Assembly: GCA_964016885.1 (NCBI GenBank)
Contig: OZ024743.1
Coordinates: 282,906,001-282,970,000 of the forward strand
Origin: Eledone cirrhosa
Lineage: Eukaryota
DNA: 64,000 nt
Reading direction: 5' to 3'
The position numbers were made by a program, and so were the translations under genes. The first letter of the stretch is position 1. Each line of letters starts with the position of its first letter. This document shows, one piece after another, positions 1 through 13,815 of this stretch. A model generated the notes under the pieces. It worked only from the letters and a program-made list of their open reading frames with translations. It was not told where the DNA came from and did not search any database.

Positions 1-306
1 TTACTATCTACTAATATTTTGCCATATGCAAAAGCTCATTAAACAAAATCTTGTGAGATGAATATCTGCAAAACAAAATAAAATCTAACCCCACCACAAT
101 TCTAGGGAGCAATCAAAAGTTAGACATTACATAGTGTTTATAGTAAAAACATTATTTCACATTGCAAAATTCATTCAACACTTATATTTCTCATCTAAAA
201 TACTAACAGACAAAATGGAGGTTTATTATTATCAAATAACTATAATAAAAATTTCTGAGTTGTATTTATTTAGCAAGTGACTTGATTAGAGACTGTTGAA
301 ACTGAA

Positions 307-326
307 ATAATAATAATAATAATAAT

Positions 327-357
<31 letters not shown>

Positions 358-543
358 TAATAATGAAATTATTGTGTACAACTCATCAAAGGTGCATGTA
401 TAGTACATAGAATAATGTACAAATGTCATGATATAATAATAATAACAATAATGAAATATTGTGTACAGTGCCCAGGTGCACCACAACTCATCAAAAAAGT
501 GCATGTAGTTGTACATAGGGCAATGCACATATCATGGAATAGT
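307..543 (-). mobile_element. Two tandem 3' tails of the CR1 family seen at 60299-61023
   Basis: The reverse complement gives atgcacctttgatgagttgt...tgtacacaataatttca(tta)n twice, matching 60940-61020. Confidence 0.78.
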
Positions 544-827
544 TAATTTAGCCATTTAAAATGCACACACACTTTCATTTTCTATTTATTTCAAAATACT
601 GTCTATATTCATGTAGAAGTTGCACTGTTTTCCAAGAATAAACAAAACATATACACCACTAACATGCAACTTATCTAGTAAGTGGACTTCAAAAACTTTA
701 AATGTGAGTCAAGTACTGTGCCAAGAATGTTTTATGTAAAATGAGGGTGAAAACTTGGGTATTTACGATAAATATAAAATGAATATAACAGTTTATGACT
801 AAAATGACTTTTCAATGTTGTAAATAA

Positions 828-1010
828 TTGTTTCTACTATAGGCACAAGACCAGCAATTTTGGGGAGTGGAAAGTTGATTAAATTGACCCCCAGTGCATT
901 ACTGGTGCTTTATTTTTATTGACCCCATAAGGATGAAAGGCAAAGCTAACCATGGCAGGAGTTGAACTCAAAACGTAAAGGGCCGTAACTGTGCTGCGAA
1001 ACCTTTTCTA
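828..1010 (-). mobile_element. SINE family A
   Basis: Reverse complement of the 9979 and 13610 copies. Confidence 0.82.
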
Positions 1011-4000
1011 TAACGTTTTTGTTACTATATTTCTAATGAAAGATACTCCATGATTTGCAAATGACTTTCAAAATAATCATAATTAAGCTGGTGTTTTGTA
1101 AAATTATGATTAGAAACTGGGGAGGGGTGGTTTTAGGCAGTTTGGTATCAAAAGGGTTTAATATTTTAGATGCCATTGATGTCATGTTAATTATGGTAAT
1201 AATGAATGAGTTGGATTTGTTTATGAATAACCACAATTTAACTCTTCTTACAATATTTCTAATGAAAAATAATGCATTTATGTTTCAAATAATTAAGAAT
1301 TTGGAGGTATTTAGTAATATAACTAATTTTTTCATAATTAAGCTGCTGTTTGGGATATAAAGGTTCTTATATAAATATAAATACTTTAAAATAAAATAAA
1401 CTATCTTATATTATAGTGGTTTGGTAGCAAAAGGGTTAAACAGATCTATAAAATTGATTTTGGTCATCTTATTTTCTTTCAATACCAGTTATTTTAGAAT
1501 CAATATGGATTATTTCTAGAGTTTAATTAATCTAACACTAATTCTAGCTACTACCATCTCGCAGCACTATCTCTTCCTCTCTGTTTGTCACTCCATCCTA
1601 TTACAGCACCATGATAGTAGTAAATTCTTTTTCCAATTAAATAATTAGAAAGATTTTCAAAGTAATTTTTTAACATCCTAAATTCAAACAAAACATGTGT
1701 ATCCATGCATATCAACACAGACACACATTGTATACACCCAGAAACAGATACACATGCATAAATCACCATAAATTAATACAAAGCCACATTAGTTTATCAA
1801 TATGATAAGTATTCCAGATATGTTAACTTTAATTCTTTATTCATATCCTGTCTTAAATTTTACATTTGAGAGAAAGAGAGAGCAGAAGGGGGTTAATAAG
1901 AAAAAAAAAGCAAATGTCTTCATTTGATGAGAGGAATGAGAGAGAAAGAGCATGTGGGATGTTTAAAAAAGCAAATGTCTTACATTTGATGAGAATGACA
2001 GAGAAAGCAAAAGAAAGCGAGAGGGATAATGGAGGGTTTTTTTTTTTAAATTAAAAAAGAAGAAAGAAAAGTAAATAAATGTCATCATTTATTCTGCATT
2101 AGGAGGAGATAAAAGGTTAAAATTGGCAAGAGAACAGTTGTTGGCACCATTTACAATGAAAATTAATCAAGGTAAAAAGCTTTGGGTGGCTGTTGCTGTG
2201 GCTGTTTTCTCATTCCATTGATGTTAACTGAGCATGTTATTTATCATTCAAAGTTGTGCTGACTTCATTTTTAATTTTTCTTTTCCTCCTCTTCCAAGCT
2301 CACCTGCTACTCTCTCATTCTCCCCTTCTTTCATTTTTATTCTTATATCACCCTCATCGGCATATGAATACTAGCCACCAACTCACCCACCAGCCAGCTA
2401 TATTTATTCTAATATTAAGATATTAGTGTTGTTAATATAGGACATGTTATGTTATATAAAATGAAGAACTGAACAAAAAAAAAAGAAAAAACAAAACAAA
2501 CAAAAATATAAAACACTAAATAAAATAAATAAATAAATATAAAAAAAAGTACATCTTCAGATCAATGTTGCAATATTAGAAACCTGGAATATTTTCCAGT
2601 ACATAATTATTGGGTAAAGATATTGATCCCAGAGAGAGAAAGAGTGGGGGAGAGGGAAGAAGAGAGAGAAAAAACAACAACAAAAAACTGAAGGTTGAGT
2701 GGGGAGTTAAAAAGGGAGGAAAAAAAAAGGGAAAAATGAATGAGTGAATGGAAAGGGAGGAATAAAGGGAGAAGAAGTACAGTACTGTAGTGTGAAATAA
2801 AGTTATGATCATCATCAGTTATATGAATACTAGCCACACATCCCCAGCCTAACTTCTTAATATTTCAGTATCAAAATGCATGTATAATGGCAGAGTCAAC
2901 TGACATGATATAGAAAGGGAGAGAGAGAGAGTATGTAAAATATCCAGTACATGTTGAGCAACTTGCTAAGATTTCTACTGAGAAAAAAAAGAAGAAAGAA
3001 AAGAAGAAAATAAAGATAATAATGAAGAAATAGAAACAATTTTATTCTTTCTTGCCTTCTGCAGTGGAATTAACTCCCAACCCCCTCTTTGAAATTGAAT
3101 GTTAAAAAAAAAAATACTATGAGAAACCTAGAAAAATGGTTATTTCTAAGGATTTCTAAGGATTCTTACAAGCAGTAATAATTGATTAAATTCTTTACAA
3201 AACAAGATTTTTAGTTATTAAAAGGTAAATGATGATGGTGGATCCTCTATTAGTTTTGATGAACATTCAGTTGTTTGATTAAACCGAATGTCTGATTTGT
3301 TAAATTAACATGTAAGTGGTTGAGTATTCCACAGAGCATAACCTAATTTAAAAGCCTGAGAGATTATGTGACAAGGCTTAACCATTGAATTACAGATATA
3401 ATCCACCTAATGAAGTTCACTCACTAAATTAGAATCGACTTGAAACTATGGTAAAGATACATGCTGATGGTGTCACACAGTGGGGCAGAACCTAGGACCT
3501 CATTATAGTGAAATGAATGTCTTAATTATTCAGCCATGCTTGTACCAAAGTGAATAAGTAAATGAATGAATAAATGAAACAAAAATAACCAACTAAATCT
3601 TTTTGAAAATGCTTATTTATTTGGTTTATAATATTGATTTCATGTGGCTTACTGGTTAGGGTGTTCGATTCATGATCATAAGATTGTGAGTTTGATTCCC
3701 AGACTGGGCAGTGCATTATCCACTCAGCTGGCAAAAAAGTATTGTACCTGTAATTCAAGGAGCCAGCCTTGTCATACTTTGTATCATGCCAAATCTCCCT
3801 GAGAACTACATTTAGGGTGCACATGTTTGTGGAAGGCCCAACCACGTATATATTAATTTCATGAGCAGGCATGGAGCACACATTGTTGGAAACAATGGAG
3901 AGCCAACAGTATTGATTATTTTCATAAGCTACTCGGCTGGCAATAATTATTTGGTTAAAATATTAAACATAAACATAGCTCTTTTAGTTTTCTTTCATTG

Positions 4001-4660
4001 TCGACATTACCTACTCCCCCATTCACCTTTGAATTGAATAAATAAATAATAAATTAATTTAATTATAATATAGCCAACTTATTTGTAAAGTCTGATTAAA
4101 TTTAAAAGTGATTTATAACTAACTATTTTCAGTACCTGCCGAGGAGATGAAAAGAAAAGTTATTTAATGAAAGACTGGATAATGATGGTGATGATGATGA
4201 TTTAGAATTTATTCAGAAACTATTTTAGAGAGATATGATTTGACACAGAATAACAGATGTTTGAGTGATTAATCAGAGCATTGGATGTTCTTATCAGATA
4301 ACTAAAGCAGAAAAGCCACTAGAGAGTGTACATGGGATGATACATAGATTGGTGTGTTTGGGTTGGCTGGCGGACTGGTAGGTAGATAGAAATTGAATTT
4401 AACTGAAAGCAAAATTATAAATTATTTTTAAAAGAATACACACACACATATGCATATAAGATTGTGGGATCACTGCTGTGAAATGCAATTAAGTCTCAAA
4501 AAAAAAAAAAAGTACTCAGAACTTAGGTTGAGTGGGATAACATCATTTATTCAAAGCTGAGTCTATGAAGGGTGGGAATGAGGAACTTGATGTAGCCACT
4601 CATGCAGACAAAATTTTTATTAGTGTTTTATTTATATATATATATATATATATCCACACA

Positions 4661-4800
4661 CATTTTATTAAGGCTAAATAGCGAGTCTTGTTACTCTGGA
4701 GTTTCACCTGCTTATCAGAGGGTCATCAGACAAGGTTCTTGCTTGATGACCTTGTGAAACTCCTGAGTAATAAGACACACTATTTAGCTATAATAAAATG
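4661..4800. mobile_element. Older imperfect fold-back element with hammerhead-like cores, next to TA/CA microsatellite
   Basis: cattttatta..gctaaatag..gtcttgttactc.ggagtttcac...ggtcatca pairs with tgatgacc..gtgaaactcc.gagtaataagac..ctatttagc..taataaaatg. Confidence 0.75.
4687..4734 (-). ncRNA. Type I hammerhead-like motif
   Basis: Minus strand reads CTTGT-CTGATGA-CCCTCTGATAAGCAGGT-GAAA-CTCCAGAGT-A-ACAAG. Stem I is CTTGT/ACAAG, stem III is the near-palindrome ACTCCAGAGT, and the triplet is GUA. Stem II is imperfect. Confidence 0.62.
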
Positions 4801-5442
4801 AATATTTAAACTTTACTTTGGTATTGAAAACGCTTTTCTCTCAATTACATATGGATATATATATTTGCACACACACATAAATAGCAAAGTGGCACACGAA
4901 ACTCCATATTTGCTGATGATATTGCATTTTTTAAGAACCTAACATTCATTAAATAAGAATGTACACAAAATGGATGGTAAAATGGTGAGTATTTTTATGA
5001 TTTCACTCTTAACGTCCTGTACCACATGAAACCACATTAGCAAAACATTCTTGAAAAGTACAAAACAGCATTATGACTATCTTTATCCTAATACTACATA
5101 TTTTTTCCACAATGATTTGTCTACCAGTAAAGAAACTACAAACATTTGAATTAAGACTTGTTTTAAAATACTTTTTGCTGAATCTTTACAAAAATATTTC
5201 ATATTTCTACCACTAGGATGAATGGGATAGTTTTGTTGTAACAAATGCTTTGACACTGGCTCTACTTCTAACACCACTATGCTAGGATGGAAAAATGGAT
5301 GTTAAATGGGGATGATGATGAATTTTCACTAGTAGAGATACTATAAGCACTTGAATTGACAAACTGACATTCAGATATGTTCTATTCAATTATTACGGGA
5401 TGTTGATTTAAGCATTTTAGTAATACATAAAATTTATATATG

Positions 5443-6047
5443 GGATACGCAGACTGGAGAGGAACGAAGCTTGCATGCTCCGCTGGATGTGTAATAGTAA
5501 TATATGTGAACGGCAAAGCATACATGAAGTGAGAAATTAGGAATAAGAGGGATCAGATGCTGTTTACTCGAGAGAAGACTACGTTGGTATGGTCATGTGA
5601 TGCGCATGAAAGACGACAGCTGTATAAAAAAGTGCAGGGCGATAAAAATAGATGGTAGCCACGAAGTAGGCAGACCCAGAAAAACCTGAGACGACTTGAT
5701 AAATTCCAACCTCACACACTTACACCTCTCCAAGACAATGTCACTGGACCAAGATCTTTGGCGATACGCAGTAATACAGAAGACCCGCCTTGCCTAAGTG
5801 CAAAGTGAAACCTACAGTCAGTAGGCACCTCTTACCAAAATACACCCCATCCCACTATCCCCACCCCCTTTCGAGGTAACACGGTAAAAACCCCCCAGTC
5901 CACACTGTAAACGTGGTTGGTATTAGGAAGGGCATCCAGCCGTAGAAAACCTGCCAGACAGTCCTATACGAGCGAGACAACCAATCTTGCCTCAAGTGGG
6001 AAAATTACCGTCCAAACCCATGCTAGCGTGGAAGATGGACGTTAAAC

Positions 6048-6085
<38 letters not shown>
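5443..6085 (+). mobile_element. 5'-truncated, decayed RTE LINE with (GAT)n tail
   Basis: [17 protein letters not shown]...[17 protein letters not shown]. Same subfamily as 31015-32040. Ends ccatgctagcgtggaagatggacgttaaac(gat)n. Confidence 0.9.
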
Positions 6086-6086
<1 letters not shown>

Positions 6087-6834
6087 ACATGTAAATAAAA
6101 TAAAATAACTAGAACTTGAGGAGAGTAGGACCCTATGAAAATTGTAGACTTGTGCCAATTAGACTATGTTAGCACTATCTTTGATCTGGCTTGGTGGAAA
6201 GACAAGTGACAGGCTGGTTCACCATTATCATTGAAAGTCTGTTGTCCATTCTGGCATGGGTTGGGCAGTATTAAAGGTGTGTATTTAGGAAAAGTGGAAA
6301 AATTATGAAATGATTGGGACTAATATAAGTGATAGGAAGAGCATCCATCCATAGAAAACTTGTTAAAAGGTCAGATAGACTTTTCAATTGAGTCAAAGAC
6401 ATGGCAAGTTTCCTAGTGTTGGTGAAATACATGATAAATGTTGGTGATCTATATGATAAATGCACCCAGTACATGCTGTAAAGTAGTTAGGGATAGAAAG
6501 AGTATTAGAAAACCATAGAAAACCTACAAAAAAAAACAAAAAGGGGTTGGAAAGAGTCTTCAGTTGTGTCAAAGACAGGAAACCTCCATAGTGCTGATTC
6601 TATGATAAAATGCACTCAGTAGCGTACATGAGCGTATGTTAGTGAGATGTACACTCTGAGCCTATCTGAGAGGTTAGTAGCTCTGTTTGATTACTGACTT
6701 GGTCAGATCCAACCTGTGAAGATCCAACCAAACCTTGCCAGTAGTGAAAACATTTTTAAAATGTAGTTTTATAATTTCCAGGCATTTAAAAATCTGTCCA
6801 TTCCTCTATCATTGATCTTAATGGCTTAAAAAAA

Positions 6835-7088
6835 TGTATGTATGTATATTCATGTGTGTGTGTGCACATCTGTTTGCAAGTAGTTATGTCTAAGTATGCA
6901 TGTGTTTGTGTGTATATATATGTGTGTGTGCAAGTAGTTATGTGTGTCTATGTATGCACATGTGTTTGTGTGTATATATATGTGTGTGCGTGTGTGTGTG
7001 TGTGCATATGTTTGCAAGTAATTGTGTGTGTGACTGTGTGTATCTGCCTGTATATATGTATGGAATTGTGTATGATGGTGTGTGTGTA
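6835..7088. repeat. Degenerate TG/TA-rich repeat with ~60-bp internal periodicity
   Basis: Recurrent tgcaagtagttatgt and gcatgtgtttgtgtgtatatatatgtgtgtg. Confidence 0.8.
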
Positions 7089-8242
7089 ATTTTTAAATAT
7101 TTTGGGATTTTTTGGTACAGGAAGCATTTCCTGGGAAATCTAAAATTATTTAAAACAAATTGGGATCTCAGGAGAGAAACCCTAAAATAGTGATTATCTT
7201 AAGTAAAAGGGTAGACTTTATTCAGTATCATAATAATGTAACTATGAAGCAATTGCAATTAGCTGGCTTTACTTGACAGGAAATAATTTTTAGTAACAAA
7301 TCAGTAATCAGCCTTCAGTATATTTTTATATACGTTCCTAATCTGTCGAAATTGATTTCCACTCAAGTTGTTGCCTGAAAGACATTCCATTCTACACATG
7401 TTACCTGGGGAACTGAAATTCTAGACCCTTCCACTGTAGTAAAAAGACACATTTCATGAAACTATATATAACATCACACGCCACTAAATCTTGCTACCTT
7501 TTTACTATCCTAACTAAATCCTACTTTAATAGACACATATATACCCACATACAGCAACACACATCGACTTGCAGAGTTCAGTCTTTATATTTATATTTCA
7601 TATATATATATAATTGTTTCTACTTTTGGCACAAGGCCAGCAATTACCCCAGTGCATTATTTTATTGACCCTGTAAAGATGAAAGGCAGAGTTAATCTTG
7701 ATATCAGTACATCAAAGACAGATAACTCAATACTTAATTGTAGAGTAACAATTTTATTGTTGGTAATGGAAAGCTAAATGTATGACAGGGGCTGGTAGTA
7801 TCACCATAGGATGAAACTACTAATCACTATGAGACATAGAACTTTCCAATACCCACAAAAATACACACTCACACGTTTCAATTAGTAGACTTCAAATCTA
7901 CATTTCTTAATACCGAAAAAGGAGTTTTATATGTAAAACATTTTATGCTGCTTGGAATGGTTTTAGTTAACTGCTACTGTTAAGTTAAAAATATTTTCAT
8001 ATTTTGTACTATGTACAGAATTGAGAAGTATATTACTAGTAGTTCCTGTTCTTGTACATTTTTCATTAGTAGCCTACTCCCATCATTAATATTTTTAATT
8101 AATTAATGTAGGTGTGTGTGTGTACAGAAGGAATCAAATATAACAGGAAGATAGCAATAAAGAAATGTTTTAAAGTTTAAATTTTTTAGGATAACAGAGG
8201 AAAAAAAACACTCTGTACAAAATTAAATTATGTAAACAAGTA

Positions 8243-8647
8243 TTAATCCTTTCATTACCATATTTCTAATGAAAGACACTGCCAATAATTTTCAATTAAT
8301 TTTGAAAATAATCAAGAATTTGGAAGGATTAAGTTGGTGTTCTTACATAAAATTATGATAGGTTTTTGGATGAATACACACTTTGAAAGAAACAGCAATG
8401 TATTATAGAATCAGAGGCTGTTTGGTATCAAAAGGGTTAACTCTTTAGTATTTAAACTGGTTGTATCTGGCCAGAATTCTCTCACCTCTTTCTGTTCAAA
8501 CTGGCTGTAAATGGTCGCTCATACTTATGTTAAGGTATTGTTCTCAACATAAATATCAAAATCTCATAGATTCGATATTATGTGAGATAAAGCCTTTACC
8601 ACAAAAATACAATAGTAAACAGAGTAATGTAAATGTTAAAGGGTTAA
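8243..8647. mobile_element. Adjacent MITE family 2 (8243-8440) and family 1 (8437-8647) sharing one TTAA
   Basis: The junction reads tttggtatcaaaagggTTAActctttagtattt. Confidence 0.8.
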
Positions 8648-9700
8648 ACAATGTCACTATTATGTTACATACCATAGAGTGTATGAATTAATTCATCATA
8701 TGTAATACATTTCTTGTCTCTCTGGAGATTAATCATCTCCAAAATCATTTTAGACCAAAGATAAACAAAATATAGTCTTATACAGAAGCAATGCCAACAT
8801 TAAACAGCAATTAGAATATCACTGTTAGTTTCAAAGAATTTTTATCAATACACAAGCAGCATCAAAAAAACCCCTTTCCTTTTCACAACACCTGATCATA
8901 TTTCCTAAATTATTTCAATGGCATATATAATGAGTGAGAAGGAGAAATCTACAGTACTGTTATGGTTTACATATGTGACGTTTAAAAATGGAACAAAATC
9001 AAAGTCACAATCTATTACAGACGCAGCATTTACCATATACTCAAATATAAGCTGACTCCCTATTTTATGTCTGAGAAATGAGCAAAAATCAAACCCCCAT
9101 ATATAAGCCAAGACAGCTAATCAACATAATGTTTAGATGACATGGTTTTGAAATTCTCATGAGTGGAGAATATATTTATGAAATTTTGATATTTTGATAT
9201 TTAAAATGTTTTAAGTGTCGTTTAGAGTATAGTTTTTGTTTCACAACTGCATCATTACATCATGATTTTTTTTTTAACCAATTTCCAACCATATTCATTC
9301 AAAACATAAAAAAAAAAACGATAAGAAATATGAATTTTATGTGTAAAGTCACCTCCAATGCAAAAATATTTCAGCACCTCATTTATGAAGAATTCTGAAG
9401 TTGGTGAAAATTGACAAAATATTGACTTCGGTTAAATGCCAACCCTCATTTTACCATCGATTGCTTTTGTCACACATTTCTTAGGTTATATATGAGTATA
9501 TACAGTATTTCATGGTTTTTATAATTTTTTAACACTACACTTTATCAGGTTTATAATAGGTATATTGTATTTTTGTATATTGTAAGAGGCAACTAAAAGG
9601 TTTGGTGCCAGGAAGTGTAGCCAGGTGTAAAACATTGCTTCAAAAAAAGACCCATGATATAATATGAAGTCCATCATGGGGCCCACAGGGCTAGCCCCTC

Positions 9701-9917
9701 TTAACCCTTTAGCATTTAAACCAGCTGTAACTGGCTAGAATTCTATCACCCCTTTCTGTTCAAACTGGCCAATAACCAGCTGCTCATACTTATGTTAAGG
9801 TATTGTTCTTAAAATAAATAATATCAAAATCTCGTAGTTTCGATATTATGTGAGATAAAGTGTTTACTGTGAAAATACAATAGTAAATATAGAGTAATGT
9901 AAATGTTAAAGGGTTAA
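9701..9917 (+). mobile_element. piggyBac-like MITE family 1 (also 8437-8647 + and 12860-13073 -)
   Basis: TTAA|CCCTTTAGCATTTA ... TAAATGTTAAAGGG|TTAA termini; three ~210-bp homologous copies. Confidence 0.85.
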
Positions 9918-9978
9918 AGCAGGGAAAATGACCATAAAATGCTTGTCTATAAATTTCAAACAATATTAAAGTTTTCAA

Positions 9979-10165
9979 TGGTGGATTGACAGTATCGATA
10001 GAGGGTTGGATGCGATGCTTTGCAGCAAAGAGTTATGGCCCTTTACGGTCTGAGTTCAAATCCTGCCGAGGTTAACTTTGCCTTTCATCTTTACGGGGTC
10101 GATAAAATAAAGTACCAGTAATACACTGGGATAATTGCTGGCCTTGTGCCAAAAGTAGAAACAAA
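9979..10165 (+). mobile_element. tRNA-derived SINE, family A
   Basis: Pol III A-box-like tgacagtatcg, B-box gagttcaaatcc, core gcctttcatctttacggggtcgataaaataaagtaccag and tail ccttgtgccaaaagtagaaac. More than 12 copies occur in the window. Confidence 0.88.
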
Positions 10166-11409
10166 TATTCAAGTTTTCAAACAGTTTATATAAATAATTA
10201 TAAAATATATGGAAACCTTGAGTAACTTATATCTGGACCTGAACCAACAGAAATGGCACAGATTTAGAGAGGAAAATAATTGCCCCTTTTGTTACCATAT
10301 TTCTAATGAATGACACTGCTGATAATTTTCAATTAATATTTTAAATAAGCAAAAATGTCAAGGGAGTTAGTAATATAAAACTTTCTGACTATTAAGCTTG
10401 TATTTGGCACGTAACTTAACCCTTTCATGACCACATTTCTAATCAAATACATTCTATTTCAATTAATTAATGAAGAATTTTGAAGGATTTACTAAAATTA
10501 TTAATTATTTCATTACTAAGATAGTAACTTAATGTAAGGTTCTTATATAAAATTTTGTTGGAAGATATTTAATTTAAATCGGAAGCCTATAAAATGGATG
10601 ACTTTATTGGGAACAAAAGGGTTAATAAAGGTTCTTGCATAAAATTATGATGGAAGGTATTTACATAAATATAAACACTGTAAAATGAATAGCTCTGAAT
10701 CATAGAACCTGGGACAGTTTCTGTTGGTTTGGTTAAGGAGTTAGATAAGGCTGATAGAGTTGATGGCAATGGCTGTTATTGTTATTTAACTCCAGGTCAA
10801 TAATGATTGAGCAGGCTTATAATCAAAGGCATTACAGTCATGACCATCTTCCTATCTTTCATTCAATCAGTGTAACTAAGACTAGATTAATGTTTCCTAA
10901 TTTTCTTTTCAACACAGTATGGGTGAAATTCGAGGGGAATTTAGCTGTTATTTCTAACAGGCTGATGGACCATATAAAGTCCTTGGTGGCGATGGCAGAT
11001 GCAGAAGGAGTAAGAATGTAGTCAGACTGGCATCAGGTTCGATTAAATGTCTTCAGTCGTGATATCCTTGGATTTTCCATTTAGACTCAGACCTGGAATA
11101 ATATTCTCTTGAGGATTTAGAGCTGAGATATGTATATAGGACTTAAAAATGGATTTGCATATCTACAAGAAAATATGTAGTGGACCATTTTTCTAAACTC
11201 CCTTTTGTGAGAAGGAATGTAATTTAAGAAGCAGGCATGGTTCCGTGGCTTTGAACTCAGCCACACTATATGAGACCTTGGGTGACTTCTGCTATAGCCA
11301 GAGACTGACTAATGCGTTCATCATCATCATAATCGTTTAACGTCTATCTTCCATGCTAGTGAATAAAATTTGGTAGATGGAAACTAAGTGAAGGCACATT
11401 GCATGTATG

Positions 11410-11451
11410 AATGTGTGTGTGTATATATATATATATTATATATACACATAC

Positions 11452-11502
<51 letters not shown>

Positions 11503-11761
11503 CACACACATATATATATATACACATACATATATATATATATATATATACACACACATACATATATATATATATATACACACACATACATATATATATA
11601 TACACATACATATATATATATATATATACACATACATATATATATATATATACACATACATATATATATATATATATACACACATACATATATATATATA
11701 CACATACATATATATATATATACACACATACATATATATATATATACACATACATATATAT
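11410..11761. repeat. TA/CA compound microsatellite
   Basis: Direct reading. Confidence 0.95.
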
Positions 11762-12103
11762 ACAATGTCACTGGATAGAGATCTTTGGCGCTATGCGGTT
11801 ATACAGAAGACTTGCCTTCCCTTACATACGAACCTAAACCTACAGCCAATAGGCACCTCTTAACCCAATATACACCCCAAACCCCTACTCCACTGTAATG
11901 TGGTCGGGCATGGTAAAAAAGGTTCCCAGTCCACACTGTAAATGTGGTTGGTGCTAGAAAGGGCATCCAGCCATAGAAAACCTGCCAGAAACAGTTCTGT
12001 ATGAGTGAGACATGGTCACCCAACCAATCTTGCCTCAAGTGCGACAAATCTCTCCAACCCATGCTAGAGTGGAAGATGGATGTTAAACGATGATGATGAT
12101 GAT
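11762..12103 (+). mobile_element. RTE LINE 3' fragment starting inside a TA/CA microsatellite
   Basis: acaatgtcactggatagagatctttggcg ([10 protein letters not shown]), then 3' UTR and (GAT)n tail. Confidence 0.88.
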
Positions 12104-12859
12104 ACACACACACACACACATATATATACACATATATACATACATACACACACACACAGAGTCATACATCTATATGCCTGTGTTTGTCCTGTAACATAGC
12201 AGTTTGACAAAAAGAGATCAATAAAATATGTACCAGACTTAAAAATATAAGTATCAGAGTTGATATGATCAACTAAATCGCCTCAAGGCAGAAAGTATCC
12301 CAGCATTGTTGTATTCTAATGATGGAAACAGAGTAAAATAATTTAAATCTTATTATAGCTATTATGTAGTTGTTTAGCCCAAGGGCAACCTTCATTGAGC
12401 AGTAAGTACCATTTCTACTTTGTAGTTAGCAGGAGGGAAATTTCACAGCTGACTGGTTGGAACTAGTAATACAGTACCAAATGCTATCATACCCATACCT
12501 TAGACATTTTGTTTAGATATCTGATAATATTGGATATTATTATAAACTGCTCAGCTGTATTTGTTTTGGCTTTTTATGTTCTGAGTTCAAATCCCACTAT
12601 GATTAACTTTATCTTTAATCCTTCCAATAAGAATACTAATCAAGTACTAGTGTCAATATAATCAACCTTTCCCGGCACCCAAAATTGCTGGTTCTGTGCC
12701 AAAATTAGAAACAATTATAACCCATAGAGTAGGGGGTTGGCTGATTGTGAGAGCATTGGACAAATGCTTAACAATATCTGTTTCAGCTTTTTACATTATT
12801 AGAAGCCATTAATATAAACTGAATTATTCAGACTAATGTCTTCCACAGCTTGGCCTAGT

Positions 12860-13073
12860 TTAACCCTTTAGCATTTATATTTCTCTATATATACTAGTAT
12901 ATTTTCACAGTAAAGGCTTTATCTCATAATATCGAATCTATGAGATTTTGATATTATTTATTTTGAGAACAATACCTTAACACCAGTATGAGTGGCTAGT
13001 TATGGCCAGTCTGAACAGAAAGAGGTGAAAGAATTCTGGCCGGATACGGCTGGTTAAAATGCTAAAGGGTTAA
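12860..13073 (-). mobile_element. piggyBac-like MITE family 1
   Basis: TTAACCCTTTAGCATTT...AAATGCTAAAGGGTTAA; the interior is the reverse complement of 9701-9917. Confidence 0.85.
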
Positions 13074-13609
13074 GGGGAATAAGTAAGTAACACCACCACA
13101 AGTAACAAATGTATATGAGAATAATCAGGGCATAGGCAACAAAATGAGAGCAATTTAACCCTATGCCTCAATGAAAGGTTCAATTAGTAATTCCAGGAAC
13201 ATTATAAGCTATAACAAGAACCTAAAGGTGGCTGGATGGCACAATGACTGAAAGGTTGTGACTATAACAACCAAGATGAGGGCATTAGTCCAAATAACCC
13301 AATTTATAACTATGAGAAATGACTGATTTAAATTAAAAGAAAGGGAGAAAGAAAGAAAACTAAATTTTGAATAAGTTATGAATTTCTATATATAACATGT
13401 AAAAGTCAAACTTTTTTTTTGCACCTATCCCATATAAAAATTGACCCTAGTTTTTCACAGACAACAGATCAACATTTGTGAATCAAGGTATTATCCTCAA
13501 CATAAATGTTACAATGAAGAAATATTTATCGGAGTTACACAGCCTTATTTATCTAATTTAGTAGTACAAAGTGTGTTTTGATGCATAGAAATATTGGCAT
13601 TATTACTAA

Positions 13610-13815
13610 CGGTGGATTGGCAGTATCAGTAGTGCATCGGACATGCTTTGTGACATTGAGTTATGTCCCTTTAAGTTTTGAGTTCAAATCCCACTGAGGT
13701 TAGCTTTACCTTTCATCCTTACAGGATCGATAAAACAAAGTACCAGTAACACACTGGGATGGATTTAATCGACTTCCCCTTCCCCCCAAATTGTTGACTG
13801 CCTAAATCAGAAACC
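13610..13815 (+). mobile_element. SINE family A, long variant
   Basis: Same head, B-box and core, plus the segment gatttaatcgacttccccttccccccaaattg. Confidence 0.82.

Noticed and set aside
3640-3710. tRNA genes at A/B-box sequences (also 9979, 53230-53300)
   Set aside because: There is no full cloverleaf, and the boxes continue into multi-copy SINE bodies.
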